Source: the human T2T-CHM13v2.0 reference genome, Homo sapiens. From it: a stretch of DNA of 64,000 nt. How positions within the stretch are numbered: the first letter of the stretch is position 1; each line of letters starts with the position of its first letter. Below are positions 1-13,370 of the stretch, in pieces. Under the pieces are notes generated by a model. That model saw nothing but the letters and a program-made list of their open reading frames with translations. It ran no database searches and had not been told where the DNA came from. Location of the stretch: NCBI RefSeq assembly GCF_009914755.1, contig NC_060928.1. The stretch is one strand, 5' to 3'. The position numbers and the translations under genes are program-made.

Positions 1-349
1 TCTCTCTCTCCCCATTTTTAGCACACAGTTTGTTCAGACTCCTGACCCCCCACCACCAGTCACAGGCGTGGCATGGCATAGCCTCATAGATTAATTACAT
101 TCATCCCCACTAAATTCTGCATTGTGCTCTGTGTGACAATCAATATAATAATGTGCTTATATTCTTAGAAGTTTTATACTCATGACAAATAAGATATTAA
201 TAGGAGTGGCTTCTGAAATCTGTGGTTGCACATCACAAAATACATCTGCACTTCCCCCGTTGTTAGTTACGTCTAATGATCTTTCCATGGTTTAAGTGAG
301 CATTTCTGTTGGTGTTGGCATTGGGGTTAGAACAGAATCAGCTACTCCC

Positions 350-530
350 TTACAGTGACCAAAGTCAGACATGCCTGTATTTGAACCCATATCTGCTGCT
401 TTTTAGCTCTATGGCCTTTAGCAAGTTATTTAATCTCTAAATTCTTAACCAGATTTCTCAACCGATTGCAGCTCACTAAGTTGTAGCAAGAATTAAATGA
501 GATAATCCGAGGGCACCGCTGTGTCTGCCA
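350..530 (+). mobile_element. MIR SINE fragment
   Basis: Degenerate MIR core (tttgaacccatatctgctgc...gcaagttatttaatctct...gaattaaatgagataat); ends approximate. Confidence 0.55.
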
Positions 531-2089
531 CCGAGTATGTATGTGAGTTCTGTGCACGTCATGATGGTTAGCTGCTTACGTTCTTCTTCTTATTTTCCGT
601 GACTGTCTCCTAAATCATACAGTGACAGTCGCTCTGGGATTCCTGGGGGTTTCCAGCAGTGTCTCCCTGGTGAATGATAAACTTCAGCAGTTAGGTGAAG
701 TGCTTGGTAAGGTAAGATGGAAGCTTGACATGAAAAAAAGTTTTGCAAACATCCCCATAGTGGAAAAATAAGACCAGGGAAGAAGCTGCTAATTAGCCAG
801 AGGTGCAATGATGTATCATGACTGTCAAAGCAAAGGAGCGAAGTCGGAACTATTTTTGCTGTAGAGATAGCCAGCCTTCAGGAAGGGCCATGTTTCCCAG
901 TAATTTAATCTGAAAGACATAAATCATGACGAAAATCTCCCTGCATTAGTAATGGAGAGAAATACCTGCATTCTAGCAAGGTTTGCATGATAAAAGACAG
1001 GTTTTCATACATCTGAGATCAGGAAAAATAATTATCAATCAAAGATAACCCCCTGCATCCTCGTTTGAAGTGAAATTGGAGGTCAGCGGAGGCCAAGTAA
1101 AAGAGAGGACTGGATTGTCTCTGCAATTTTAAGGAGCTCATTACTAGAAATGCTGTTTTACAAAGTTTCAGCTGTATGTGATTTTGAAACATTAATGATT
1201 TAATGCCTGCCAGACAAAGAAAGGGAAGGGATGTCAAAAACCAAAAACAGGTATAACTGTATCATTGGCATGAAAATGGAGGCTGACATCATAATGATGA
1301 GAAATCACCCCAGGGCCAAAGTATGCCAACTGAAATCATGGCCAAACACAAATCTCCTGGTGCTTTGGAAGAATGCAACTGGAAATTGATAAGAGCAGAG
1401 GAATCTGTATTATCTGCTTCCCAGAGAATTGGGAGTTCACAGAGAACAAAGTCAGTGGCCCCAGCAGAACCCTTTGCTATGCAAATAAGCTGGAACACTT
1501 ACCCGAACACACTCTCTAAATCAAGATTACCTGTAATTCCTCTGTGCTGCAGCCTATAGGGCTGTAGAGGCTTAATCATATTTATTACCTAACCAATGAA
1601 CACATGGGCTGTTTGATCAGAAAGTAAATTTTGGCCCCACCTCACCATTCCTACAACATCATGCAAGACCAGTGAAGTCCTGAGAACCTGGAAAGCCCTA
1701 ATCTGCATTCAGTGACTGGTCTCTGACCATTTCTTTTGCCCGCACAACTGAGTAATGGAGGGACAAACAGCTTAAATTGTTAGCAACTACTAGACTATAA
1801 AATTCTTACTAAACAGTCACTTTCTTGAAAGCTCAGACCATTTTTTATTCAATTTTTGCAATTAGTAGAATTTGTCTCCCTGGTGGTTTCTCAATTAAGA
1901 TTAAATAGGGCCCTCAAAGATGCTGGGGAGAAAAAACGAGAAAACAAAAAAATTAAATGGGGAATGAAGAAAAGAAAGGAGAAAATGAGAAAAGAAATAG
2001 GGAAGGGAGAAAGGTAAAAAATAAATGGCATGCCAATCATTAACTCTAAAATCCAGGTGGAGAGATATATCAAACCAGGCAGGCAGGCC

Positions 2090-2500
2090 AAATTAGTCAG
2101 AGCAATGTTTGCTGGCCACTATAACAAGCAACCCAAAATCTCAGTGGCTTAAAATAAAACTTACGTCTTTCTCATTCGAAGTCATTGTCCCTTCAGTGGC
2201 CCTACTTGGTGGGTCTCCTCCGAGTGGTAACTCAGAGATAGGAGCTGCTTCCATACTATAACTCTGCCACCTGGAACATGTGGGTTCCTGGATTCCCACA
2301 GGAGGAAAGAAGAGAGTCGTGTCTTATGGTCAACTCTGGAAGTGGCCAGCGTTCCATCTACACAGCACTGGTCAGAACATGGTCATAGGCTCCCAACATC
2401 ACCCATAAGGGAGTCTGGGAAATGTAGTCTTTTCAGGTTTCCAACAAGTGGGGGCCACGCGATGAGGAAAACAAGGAGTTCAATTCTGGACAAATCAATC
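2090..2500 (-). mobile_element. Old MaLR LTR (MLT1J/K/L-like)
   Basis: Motifs aacccaaaatctcagtggcttaaa and aagggagtctgggaaatgtagtc resemble antisense old MLT1 LTRs. Confidence 0.55.
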
Positions 2501-2559
2501 GGAATCGACCACTCTTGTCACACAGGAGCACACAATCTGTGTGAGCCGACAGGAAAGGC

Positions 2560-2783
2560 TCCATGAAAATAAGGGACTCGAGCATGAAGAAGAAAGGCAT
2601 CTACGCGGAGGGTACTGTATGAGCAGAAATTTGGAGGTGATTGGTGCAGGTGGAGCTGAAGGACAAAAATTAGTCTCATCTGCCTGGAGCAGAGTTTCTG
2701 AGGAGCTGAAAAGAGTGATAGAAGACCAGATAAGTCAATTAGACAGATTGGAGAGGCTATTTCATGCCAACCAAGGAGATTTT
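2560..2783 (-). mobile_element. L2 LINE fragment (continues after the LTR at ~3455 and after the VNTR at ~6520-6720)
   Basis: Purine-rich antisense L2-like text; ccaaggagatttt at the LTR's left edge resumes as ggacttatccctgtaggtaat at its right edge. Confidence 0.5.
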
Positions 2784-3452
2784 TGTGGCAGGCCAGGTGT
2801 CACTAACAGCTGAACAGGCAGGCCTCCGTAACAACTGTCTCAGCCCTGACTGAGTGTTGAGCTACATACTGAAAGCTGAGAGAGCCAGTGTCCTTATACA
2901 AAGGCTGGAATGCAACCAAAGCCCACCAGGAGGTTTGCCCAGGCCTCTCCCAGGTCTTGAAGCGTGACAAGATAATGAAGGAATTCTTAACAGGACCTGT
3001 TTAGGATTAAACAACTTGTTATTGGGGGGCTGAAGAAACTCCCCAGACTTCCACAAAAATGTTTTATTGGGGGTCTAAAGGAACTCCCCAAACCTCCATG
3101 ATTTAGCAGGAGACAGGATAAATGTAATCACCCCCAGGACCTGGACCCGTCTAGATTAAGTCAATTTACTGAGGCTGCAGAGGAAGGGCTTCAAAACTCA
3201 GATCTTAGTTACAGATTAGAGTAAGTTAATCACTTATGTCTTTACACGAATGCACACGTACACACAGACATATAGCTTAAAAGGTATATAAGCTCTGTAA
3301 ACCTTGTAATTTTTGGTTAGTCTGGCAATATTTTCCAGGCCTTCTCCCTGTACCCGGTTACAGAAATAAGCTCTCTTCTTTCCCAGTTTATCAGCATCTC
3401 ATTATTGGGCCACGAGAATAAGCAGCCAGACTCTCAGTTTGGTCTGGGAACA
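2784..3452 (+). mobile_element. Solo ERV LTR, family not assigned
   Basis: TG...CA termini (tgtggcaggcc...ctgggaaca), TATA-like gtatataag ~3285, poly(A)-like aaataag ~3364, internal ~47-bp tandem duplication; no clear TSD. Confidence 0.7.
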
Positions 3453-3599
3453 AACGGACTTATCCCTGTAGGTAATAAAATGCCTTTGTCCATAGCTCCT
3501 GGCTATGAGCAGTGAACGAGGCCAAGGTTCTGCATGGCCCATTGAAGAGGAGACACTACTGGCAACAGCAAGCCAGGCAGGCTGCTCTCCAGGTGCTAG

Positions 3600-3715
3600 G
3601 TACCAGTCTTGGCCTCAATCCTTAACTATCTGTGTGAATTGGACAAGTCCATCAGTTCCTTGGTGTCTCAGTTGATTCATCTATAAAATGAGGAAAATAA
3701 TGTGTAATGTGTAAG
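3600..3715 (+). mobile_element. MIR fragment
   Basis: tgtgtgaattggacaagtc...tctcagttgattcatctataaaatgagg resembles the MIR core. Confidence 0.55.
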
Positions 3716-3825
3716 AAAGCTCTGTGGATCAATGTTTAAAATACGTGAGAGAAACACCAAAAGCAACACCAAAGCGTGCAGTCATGGAAGTCATGACTTC
3801 AGCGTGAAGTCATGATTACTGAATC

Positions 3826-6519
3826 AGTGCGGAATAAGGGTGGAGGGTGGGGTCACGGAGATGGAAACACCAGTGGAATAAGGGTGGAGGGTGGGGTCAT
3901 GGAGATGGAAACACCAGTGGAATAAGGGTGGAGGGTGGGGTCATGGAGATGGAAACACCAGTGGAATAAGGGTGGAGGGTGGGGTCACGGAGATGGTAAC
4001 ACCAGTGGAATAAGGGTGGAGGGTGGGGTCATGGAGATGGTAACACCAGTGGAATAAGGGTGGAGGGTGGGGTCATGGAGATGGAAACACCAGTGGAATA
4101 AGGGTGGAGGGTGGGGTCACGGAGATGGTAACACCAGTGGAATAAGGGTGGAGGGTGGGGTCGTGGAGATGGAAACACCAGTGGAATAAGGGTGGAGGGT
4201 GGGGTCATGGAGATGGAAACACCAGTGGAATAAGGGTGGAGGGTGGGGTCGTGGAGATGGAAACACCAGTGGAATAAGGGTGGAGGGTGGGGTCACGGAG
4301 ATGGTAACACCAGTGGAATAAGGGTGGAGGGTGGGGTCACGGAGATGGTAACACCAGTGGAATAAGGGTGGAGGGTGGGGTCACGGAGATGGTAACACCA
4401 GTGGAATAAGGGTGGAGGGTGGGGTCACGGAGATGGTAACACCAGTGGAATAAGGGTGGAGGGTGGGGTCATGGAGATGGTAACACCAGTGGAATAAGGG
4501 TGGAGGGTGGGGTCACGGAGATGGTAACACCAGTGGAATAAGGGTGGAGGGTGGGGTCACGGAGATGGTAACACCAGTGGAATAAGGGTGGAGGGTGGGG
4601 TCACGGAGATGGTAACACCAGTGGAATAAGGGTGGAGGGTGGGGTCATGGAGATGGTAACACCAGTGGAATAAGGGTGGAGGGTGGGGTCATGGAGATGG
4701 TAACACCAGTGGAATAAGGGTGGAGGGTGGGGTCACGGAGATGGTAACACCAGTGGAATAAGGGTGGAGGGTGGGGTCGTGGAGATGGAAACACCAGTGG
4801 AATAAGGGTGGAGGGTGGGGTCGTGGAGATGGAAACACCAGTGGAATAAGGGTGGAGGGTGGGGTCACGGAGATGGTAACACCAGTGGAATAAGGGTGGA
4901 GGGTGGGGTCACGGAGATGGTAACACCAGTGGAATAAGGGTGGAGGGTGGGGTCACGGAGATGGTAACACCAGTGGAATAAGGGTGGAGGGTGGGGTCAT
5001 GGAGATGGTAACACCAGTGGAATAAGGGTGGAGGGTGGGGTCATGGAGATGGTAACACCAGTGGAATAAGGGTGGAGGGTGGGGCCATGGAGATGGTAAC
5101 ACCAGTGGAATAAGGGTGGAGGGTGGGGTCATGGAGATGGTAACACCAGTGGAATAAGGGTGGAGGGTGGGGCCATGGAGATGGTAACACCAGTGGAATA
5201 AGGGTGGAGGGTGGGGTCATGGAGATGGTAACACCAGTGGAATAAGGGTGGAGGGTGGGGCCATGGAGATGGTAACACCAGTGGAATAAGGGTGGAGGGT
5301 GGGGTCATGGAGATGGTAACACCAGTGGAATAAGGGTGGAGGGTGGGGTCATGGAGATGGAAACACCAGTGGAATAAGAGATAGAGGGTGGGGTCGTGGA
5401 GATGGAAACACCAGTGGAATAAGAGGTAGAAGGTGGGGTCGTGGAGATGGAAACACCAGTGGAATAAGGGTGGAGGGTGGGGTCATGGAGATGGAACACC
5501 AGGGGAATAAGGGTGGAGGGTGGGGTCATGGAGATGGTAACACCAGGGGAATAAGGGTGGAGGGTGGGGTCATGGAGATGGAACACCAGGGGAATAAGGG
5601 TGGAGGGTGGGGTCGTGGAGATGGTAACACCAGTGGAATAAGGGTGGAGGGTGGGGTCGTGGAGATGGAAACACCAGTGGAATAAGGGTGGAGGGTGGGG
5701 TCGTGGAGATGGAAACACCAGTGGAATAAGGGTGGAGGGTGGGGTCGTGGAGATGGAAACACCAGTGGAATAAGGGTGGAGGGTGGGGTCACGGAGATGG
5801 TAACACCAGTGGAATAAGGGTGGAGGGTGGGGTCACGGAGATGGTAACACCAGTGGAATAAGGGTGGAGGGTGGGGTCGTGGAGATGGAAACACCAGTGG
5901 AATAAGGGTGGAGGGTGGGGTCGTGGAGATGGAAACACCAGTGGAATAAGGGTGGAGGGTGGGGTCACGGAGATGGTAACACCAGTGGAATAAGGGTGGA
6001 GGGTGGGGTCATGGAGATGGAAACACCAGTGGAATAAGGGTGGAGGGTGGGGTCACGGAGATGGTAACACCAGTGGAATAAGGGTGGAGGGTGGGGTCAT
6101 GGAGATGGAAACACCAGTGGAATAAGAGGTAGAAGGTGGGGTCGTGGAGATGGAAACACCAGTGGAATAAGGGTGGAGGGTGGGGTCATGGAGATGGAAA
6201 CACCAGTGGAATAAGAGGTAGAAGGTGGGGTCGTGGAGATGGAAACACCAGTGGAATAAGGGTGGAGGGTGGGGTCATGGAGATGGAACACCAGGGGAAT
6301 AAGGGTGGAGGGTGGAGTCATGGAGATGGAAACACCAGTGGAATAAGAGGTAGAGGGTGGTGTCATGGAGATTGAAACACCAGTGGAATAAGAGATAGAG
6401 GGTGGGGTCGTGGAGATGGAAACACCAGTGGAATAAGAGGTAGAGGGTGGGGTCGTGGAGATGGAAACACCAGTGGAATAAGGGTGGAGGGTGGGGCCAT
6501 GGAGATGGAAACACCAGTG
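3826..6519. repeat. G-rich minisatellite (VNTR), 44-bp unit, ~61 copies
   Basis: Unit GTGGAATAAGGGTGGAGGGTGGGGTCAYGGAGATGGWAACACCA repeated with few substitutions; variant units (AAGAGGTAGAAGG; 43-bp GGAACACCAGGGG) cluster at ~5370-5600 and ~6120-6460. Confidence 0.98.
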
Positions 6520-8575
6520 AGGCACTAGGGATACATTCACATGATTTGGAAATGCAAAGACATGGAAGACAGAGCACAGAAAGAAATGACAAGCAGCTCC
6601 AATTTCTGAGTGCAGGTAACTGAAAGAATGATGGTATCACCGAAAAAATAAAGTAGTTGTGTGGGGGCTCACTTGACGGGGAAGACAAGGAGTTCAGTTT
6701 GCACAAATCAATCTGAACTGAAAGCAAGGAACCAACCGTGCTCTAGGGAGTAAGAGATACCCAACCAAAACTCAGGAAGTGATTGCCATTTAAGCTCAGC
6801 TTCCGATCAATTCACATAGTTAAATCCACATGTGAAGTAAGCTTACAATCACTTTCCGAATTTTTATTACTCTAATATATATTTAAATTAACTGCAAATA
6901 ATGTTTTTAGTATCGGAATGTATTTATACCCTTCCTTTTTAAATACACAGGAGTTAAACATCTCAACGAATATCAGCATTGGAAGAAAAAACTGTTTGCA
7001 ATGGAAAGGAAGAGCAATGTTCCAAATCTACTTGAGTTACAGAAAATCAAACTTCTCCTCAGGCCTTTCCTCCAGCAAAACATTCCTGTCGACAAAACAA
7101 GCTGGAAAGTGTGGGGCTGGGTTCCTGCTCCAATCCTTCCAGCTTTTTAGAACCCAAGAGACTCAGCTCACTTCCCAGCGCCACCAGCCTTCCTTGGATG
7201 TTTTCCACTCTAGTTGGGTTCAGGCCGGCAGTTTCTCCACATTCTTTAGCTCTCTGTTTTATTTCCAACATACTCCAGGCTGGTTGAGAAAGGGGAGAGG
7301 GGAGCCTCATGCTGCCCACTGGGTCCCCTGGGCAGGGCACACACACCTCTATCAAAGGGTCACTGATTCCTGGGAATTCCAGCCAATGACAGAACTAGGT
7401 GGTCTTAATTGCATTTGAAAATAAGACTAGAGAGAACAGAAAGAACAAATAAGACAAGGTAAATGAAATGCAAAAAAAAAAAAGAAAAGAAAGAAATTTC
7501 ACAGGATTTTGCAAACTTTTGTTAAGCATTCGAATTCCAAAACCCTCAACCAAACAAAGCTTTCACAGCTATTTGTGCCTCAGGCTTATTTCCTAATTCA
7601 AAGCTGTAATGGGATCAGGTTAGTAAGAGCCTGCAATGGAAAACTGAAGCACAGTGCAAACTGATCTCTCACACTGTCGCTAATTTATCTTCTAAGACAT
7701 TTGCAAAAACTCTCTTCACTGACTCCAAATATTGTCTGTATGGGTGCTTGGTATCAAACTGTGAAATGGCTCTGTTATTAAGAAGTGCAACTGTTAATCT
7801 CAGAAGAGTGAAAGCAACCTGGCCCATCTGCATGGAGCGCTAACACAGTGCCCGGTACAATTCAGGCGGACCCCTTCTCTGTCTTACAAACAAGGTATGG
7901 AAAAGAACAGCTTGCCCTAGAAAAAGCAGACATTCAAATGGGAGGCTCACTCAGCCTTTCAGCTTCCTCTGCCTGCGGCATCTTGGAGAGGCACATGCCC
8001 AGAGGGAGCGTTGGGCTAGATCATGGTTTGCTGGGCTGAATGCTGGAGGATTTGAAGCAGGCCCAGCTGGGAGGGAGAATTAGGAGCAGTCGGACCCTTC
8101 ATGCTGGTCTGAATCCAACCAGGCTTGACTGAATCACAGGCAAAGAAATGACTCAAAGACCAGCACCAACTCCAAAGACAGAGGTTCTGCTGCAAGGACA
8201 GGTGAGCCCGTGGCTGAACCCCAGGCAGAAGCCGGAACACAGCCGGGCGAGTCTGAGACAGAGTGGAGGCTGTCCCGAGCTGCAGGTTAAAGCATCACTG
8301 GGGTTTGCCTGGCTTGTCTTCATTGTTCAGAGGGCACAAAGGTGCAGGATCAGGGCAGACATGTAGGGAACCTTTGTCTGCAGCAGAAAGTCTTTCCCCA
8401 CCCCCCATTGCTCTACTTCCCCAAATCGTTCAAAGCTCATTTCATCTAAGACACTGCTCTTCCAATAAAAGGTTTACCTCAGACTCACCAAACGGCTGAT
8501 CCCCGTAGCGTGTTACATTCCACGAGAACCTAGGCACACAGAATGTCATGACTTGAAAACACGAGGCATTTGGAC

Positions 8576-8959
8576 CAAGGGTTGGCAAACTTTTTCTATA
8601 AAGGATCAGATTGTAAATGTTTTAGGTTTCCTGAGCCAAGAGACAAAAATCAAAGATATTATGTTGATATTAATAAAAGAAGAGATAAAATAAATTTCCA
8701 CAACATTTTTCTTGACAAAATTCAAACTATAACATAATCATTTAGTTTTTGTTTGTTTTGATAATACAGGCCCACAAAAGAGATAAATGGAATCCTTTGA
8801 GGAGGAGATAACATTTTGCTTATTGGAAGTTCAAAGTTAGTTCCCTAGAACCAAATTAATCCCAAATGTTCATCCATAAAAACCATTCTCAGCCTGTGTT
8901 GCCACACATAAGCAGGAGGGGCTGGATCTGGCCTGGGGGCTACAGTTTGCAATCTCTGG
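8576..8959. mobile_element. hAT-Charlie DNA transposon, MER58/Cheshire family
   Basis: TIRs caagggttggcaaact / agtttgcaatctctgg; 8-bp TSD atttggac / atttagac (7/8). Confidence 0.8.
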
Positions 8960-9224
8960 ATTTAGACTAATCTGCCTGTTATATACACAAGGCATCTGAA
9001 CCTCAGAGACTTAAGGATTGCTGAAAATCACAGGTCTTGTGGGAACATGGCAAGCCCCTCACCCCACCTGGATGAAGATGTGTCCTGGCCTCAGGACAAG
9101 CCTGTCGGTATTAAAGTTTCAGGTTGTCTATTCTGGCTCATTTTATGTGACCACTCGCCCAGGCCGTCGCACCCAGATAGGTGGTCAAACACTGTTCTAG
9201 TCACATATTGTTATTTATTCCATT

Positions 9225-9596
9225 TCTGTGAGGGTATGCTGGAATATGATTAATACTTCAGTCAGGGGACTTTGAGTAAAGCTGATTGCTTTCTGTAATG
9301 TGGGTGGGCCTCATCCAATCAGTTGAAGGCCTGAATAGAACAAAAACTGACCTCCCGCAGTCCTGAGGGAATGCTGCCAGCCGGCGGCCTTCAGAAGTGC
9401 AATGTGGGCCCTTTCCTGGGTCTGCAGCCTGCTGGTCTATCCTACAGATTCTGGTCTTGCAGTCTCCATAATCATGTGAACTAATTCCTTCAACGAAATC
9501 TCTGTCTGTCTCACCCTCCTACACAGACATGTACACACACGCGCACACACACGCACACACACACACACGTTTCTCTGGTGAACCCTAAGCAATGCA
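9225..9596 (+). mobile_element. MLT2 (ERVL) LTR, 5'-truncated, with a (CA)n tract at ~9531-9568
   Basis: gggtgggcctcatccaatcagttgaaggcctgaatagaacaaaa and the terminal ttctctggtgaaccctaa are MLT2 hallmarks. Confidence 0.8.
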
Positions 9597-9734
9597 TTGA
9601 CTCAGATAATCATCTTATGGGAAATGCTATGAAAAAAAGAACCTAAACACACATACAAGCTTATGGTAATCGTGGGACACTTGTGTGAAGAAGCAAATGC
9701 AACTATTGTAATTCATAGCATTGAAGGTAATTTA

Positions 9735-10110
9735 TTTACATTCATTAATTGCCTACAAGATAAGTATTGCAAATATAATAGCAAACAAGCCTGACCCAGC
9801 CCTGTCCTCTCGTTGCTTATATTCTAATGGAAAAGTAAAACAGGACAAACAGAAAAAAAAGTGCTGAATAGACAAATAATAAATAAAAACTGATGAACGC
9901 GCTATGTAAAAACAAAAATGGGACTGACGGAGAGGGGCAGGAAATGCCTCTCTGACGGTCAGGTCTAAACGGAGAAGACTTCCCTGAAACTTCAGGAAGG
10001 GGCAAAATTGAAGCTGAGGAAACAGCACAAACAGCCCTGAAATGGAAAAGGTTTTCGATGCTTCACAGACCTGGAAGATCAGTGTGTGGGGGACGTGCAA
10101 TATGAGACGA
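9735..10110 (-). mobile_element. L2 fragment
   Basis: Antisense L2 3'-end-like text (cattcattaattgcctac...gcttatattctaatgg...gggcaggaaatgcctctctga). Confidence 0.5.
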
Positions 10111-10548
10111 AGCCTGAAGCAAATTGGGAATTTGGCTCCAGAGATGGTGGTGGGGTGCGTAATACAGTGCTGAGACTCCAACTCCTGCCCTTTGTCTCCA
10201 CTCACCAACGGCAGATTCCCCCTGAAGATGGGCTGGGAGATAAATGTCCCATTCAAATGGACCCTAAGTGAAGAGGCTCATGGGGAAAACCTTCCTCCCA
10301 TTGCACACCCACTGCAGGCAGAGCCTTCCCAAGCTCCGTCCAGGCCTCCTGCCTAGTTATCTACGGGGTGAATCAGTCCACAGAGAAACACTCACCAAAA
10401 TGTCAGCTGGACTTCAACAGGAAGGGTCAAGCTCACAGGAAATTATATGAGGTTTTTAGAAAATTACAACAAATTCAACTGTTTGTAGTCAGTAACTAAC
10501 TCAGCGCCTAGCGTATAAGGCTCAACAAATCATATGGAAAGTTATCTG

Positions 10549-11129
10549 GTGTAAATACCCAGGGTTCCTGGTCTCGTGCCAGGAAGATTTAGAACACAGA
10601 CACACAGGAAGAGTTTAGGAGCAGATGTTTAATAGGCAAAAGAAAGAGGAAGGAGAATAGTCTCTCTCTAGTGAGAGAGAGAGGGTTTCCCAAAGGGAAG
10701 ACCAGCCGGCAAGGAGTGTGCAGGATTTTTTAGGCAGGCTTGAGGGGGCGGTGTCTGATTTCCCTAGAGCTTACATAGGTTTACACGGCATGCGGAGAAG
10801 GCCGGCCACCCCACCCGAATCTTATTATGCAAATGGACTTTCCACTTGACCGGTGCCATCTTGTCTGCTCCTTCCTGTACACGTGGTTGGCAAAGGGAAG
10901 GGGAGATGGAGCCTCCGTTTTGAACATGCCTAGTCCCCGTAGCTTTTTCCTGCTGACCTTCACCCATGCAAGCTTGCCGCTGGCTTGTCTGTGTCTGCAG
11001 CTCCATCTTACAGGCTGATCTTTGTTAGACAATGATTTTGGGGCTGCTTTTCATTAAAAAGCAAAACCTACTGAGGATTCCCATACCCTCACTATCTGCC
11101 TAAGCAGTTTCTTCTTAACGCCTATATCG
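10549..11129 (-). mobile_element. LTR9-family solo LTR (ERV1)
   Basis: Reverse complement reads gataTAGGcgTTAAGAAGAAActgCTTAGGCAGATAGTGAGGGTAtGGGA..., as recalled for LTR9; contains ATGCAAAT at 10827-10834. Confidence 0.75.
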
Positions 11130-12964
11130 TTAAGAGAGATATTATGCAGCTTAGAGTTATTAGGGTTTGTGAAATAACAAATAAAGAGATAAAAGGTTTT
11201 TGTGTGTATTGGTGTGAAGATATGTATATATATATAGACATATATATTCTGTTGTGCCTCCTGGAGTTTAACCCCTAGTCACTTTAACTGGTTGGTCTAG
11301 GCTGTTCCAAAAATTATCTTAAACACACATTTGCAAGCCATATTGCAGATGATGTGATCTTACCTGAGAAATGTTTCACTGGCAGAAAGAAGCCCTCTTT
11401 TTGTCTTTAAAGGCTCCTTTCTTTTCTCCTTTCATCTGTTTATAAGTTTGAATAGTGCTTATTGGAATAACTAGAGCAAATCTGGAAAAGCCTGGGCACA
11501 TTGTTGTCAGCTACAGGATTTGCTTTGTGCAGTTTGGCTTTTACTACTTCCTTGAAGAGCTACCTTCCATCGAGACCACACTAGTAACCCTGGCAGTCCA
11601 TACACAAGTAACACATCACCAAATGGCCACAGACGGCCAAATGGCTGACTTTAAAAGCTGGACAATTCACATGCAGAAATCATTGGCTTCCGTTATTTGG
11701 GGAATTAGTGTATCTGATGGGGGGCAGTACTGAACCAGTTTTATAATTTCTTCTGTAGAGGCCAAACCAAAAAAGCCTAGAATGAATGAATGTAACTGTG
11801 AATGAATAAACAAATGTGTTTCCAAAAATAAGTGATTCTTATATTAGACCATATTTTGAAAGATCTCAAAGTCCTTTTTATAAACTCCATTTGTCGAGAA
11901 AAATAACTCCTTTTATTAGGTTCCCTCTCAAGGATGTAGAACATACAGACTTGGGCATGAGGAAACATTTAAGAATCTCAGTATTTAACATTTACTAGGA
12001 GGACGTGCCTTTCTGAAGCGTACTCTCACATGTCTCCTTCAAATCTCCATGGATCCTTGCCTCAGGTGAGTGACATTTTAGGTGGAAATCAAGGAAGAGG
12101 TGGAATTTTATATCTGGGCAGATGTCATGTGGGCCAGGTTCAGCCTACATAAAAAAGTGATGCGGACCATAAACTCGGCACCTACGGCAAGTGGCCTGCT
12201 TGCTAGGCCTCTCTTATCTAGATCACAGGAGCAGGAAATGCCAGTTGATATCTGGATTACATATAGAGAATTCATTTGGCAATCACCCTCACAAATTCCG
12301 ACCAGCAGCCAGACCAGGAAATATATTACCACATACTTCCTTCCTGGGGCAGGGATAAAACTGCCCTGGAGGAGATAAGCCTTGAGGCCCTGTGACTCCC
12401 GCTCCCACTTAGTGATCATGCTCAGAACCACTTCTGTTGACTGATATGAAATCTCTTCATTACAGTTTACTAGAAATAATCCCTCACACCAAAAAGGGGA
12501 GTCATTTCCCCAAAGCCAAATCGCTTGGCATTTTCCAACCCAAGAGTAGAAACCAGCTGTCCTGCCACCCAAACACCCAATGCACCCTCCACCATCCTTG
12601 CTGCTGGGCTTTAACAAAAGAATCTCAAAATCAGAGTGGGATTTGAAGACTAGAAGAAGAAAGCAAAACAAGACTATCTGGCAAGGCTGGATGAGGAGCT
12701 TTGCAGCCAACCAGGACTGAGGTCTTGACACAGAAGGCCTGGAGAGGCTGCCATTATTCCCCAGTGAATTAAGAAAGACTTGCAGCAGCTACCTCTTAAG
12801 ATACAACAGAAGAGAAGCCACCCGAGGTAAGCGGGTCAGTGAGAAGGAAGCTTCAGACAAAGGAAGCTGTGAGTGAGGACAAAATGAAGAGGAACGAACC
12901 CAGCCACACAGTGACAAGGAAACCACAGGGTTTGGCAAGTGTCTGCTTGACCTTCTCTAAAGCA

Positions 12965-13370
12965 AATTAAAAATGTAGAGATGAATCTCTAAATTTAATA
13001 TTTAGGAAGAAAGAATTGCGATTCACAATATAGAGGCAGACAGGGTGGTCCGAAGGTGGAAAAAGAGGACTGTTCCTCTGTGGTCCTGTGAGAAAGTTCT
13101 TTGATATTAGCAAAGTTTTGGGGGCTGGTAAGGTCTGATTGGTGGGTGACCGTGGTGGGCAAAACTAGTCCTTGATTTGCAGTTGTTATCTCACCTGCTA
13201 CAGATGAAAGTGGTCTCTGGTTACAACACGCAGTTTCAGCCACGGGACTTGCAGACGACAGCATTTCTAGAGTGACGTCATGTACCCTGAGTGCCTTTTA
13301 CTCAGACCCGTCTTCTCTGATTTAGTTGGGTATGACAAGAATGGCCCAATTTGGATAATCAACTTGCACA
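12965..13370 (-). mobile_element. ERV1 LTR, MER67/MER4-group-like
   Basis: Reverse complement starts TGTGcAAGTTGATTATcCAAATTGGGcCATTCTTGTCATACCCAACTAAA and has a CCAAT box (ctgattgg ~13135). Confidence 0.6.

Noticed and set aside
3787-3815. Short palindrome/hairpin (gaagtcatgacttc...gaagtcatga) just before the VNTR
   Set aside because: Real but short; no evidence of function and plausible as a chance local inverted duplication.
5305-6727. Pro/Thr/Ser-rich mucin-like ORFs
   Set aside because: The 44-bp period cycles through all three frames; these are by-products of the VNTR with no exon context.
12108-12731. 207-aa minus-strand ORF
   Set aside because: No recognisable domain, no supporting gene structure, and composition typical of a chance ORF.
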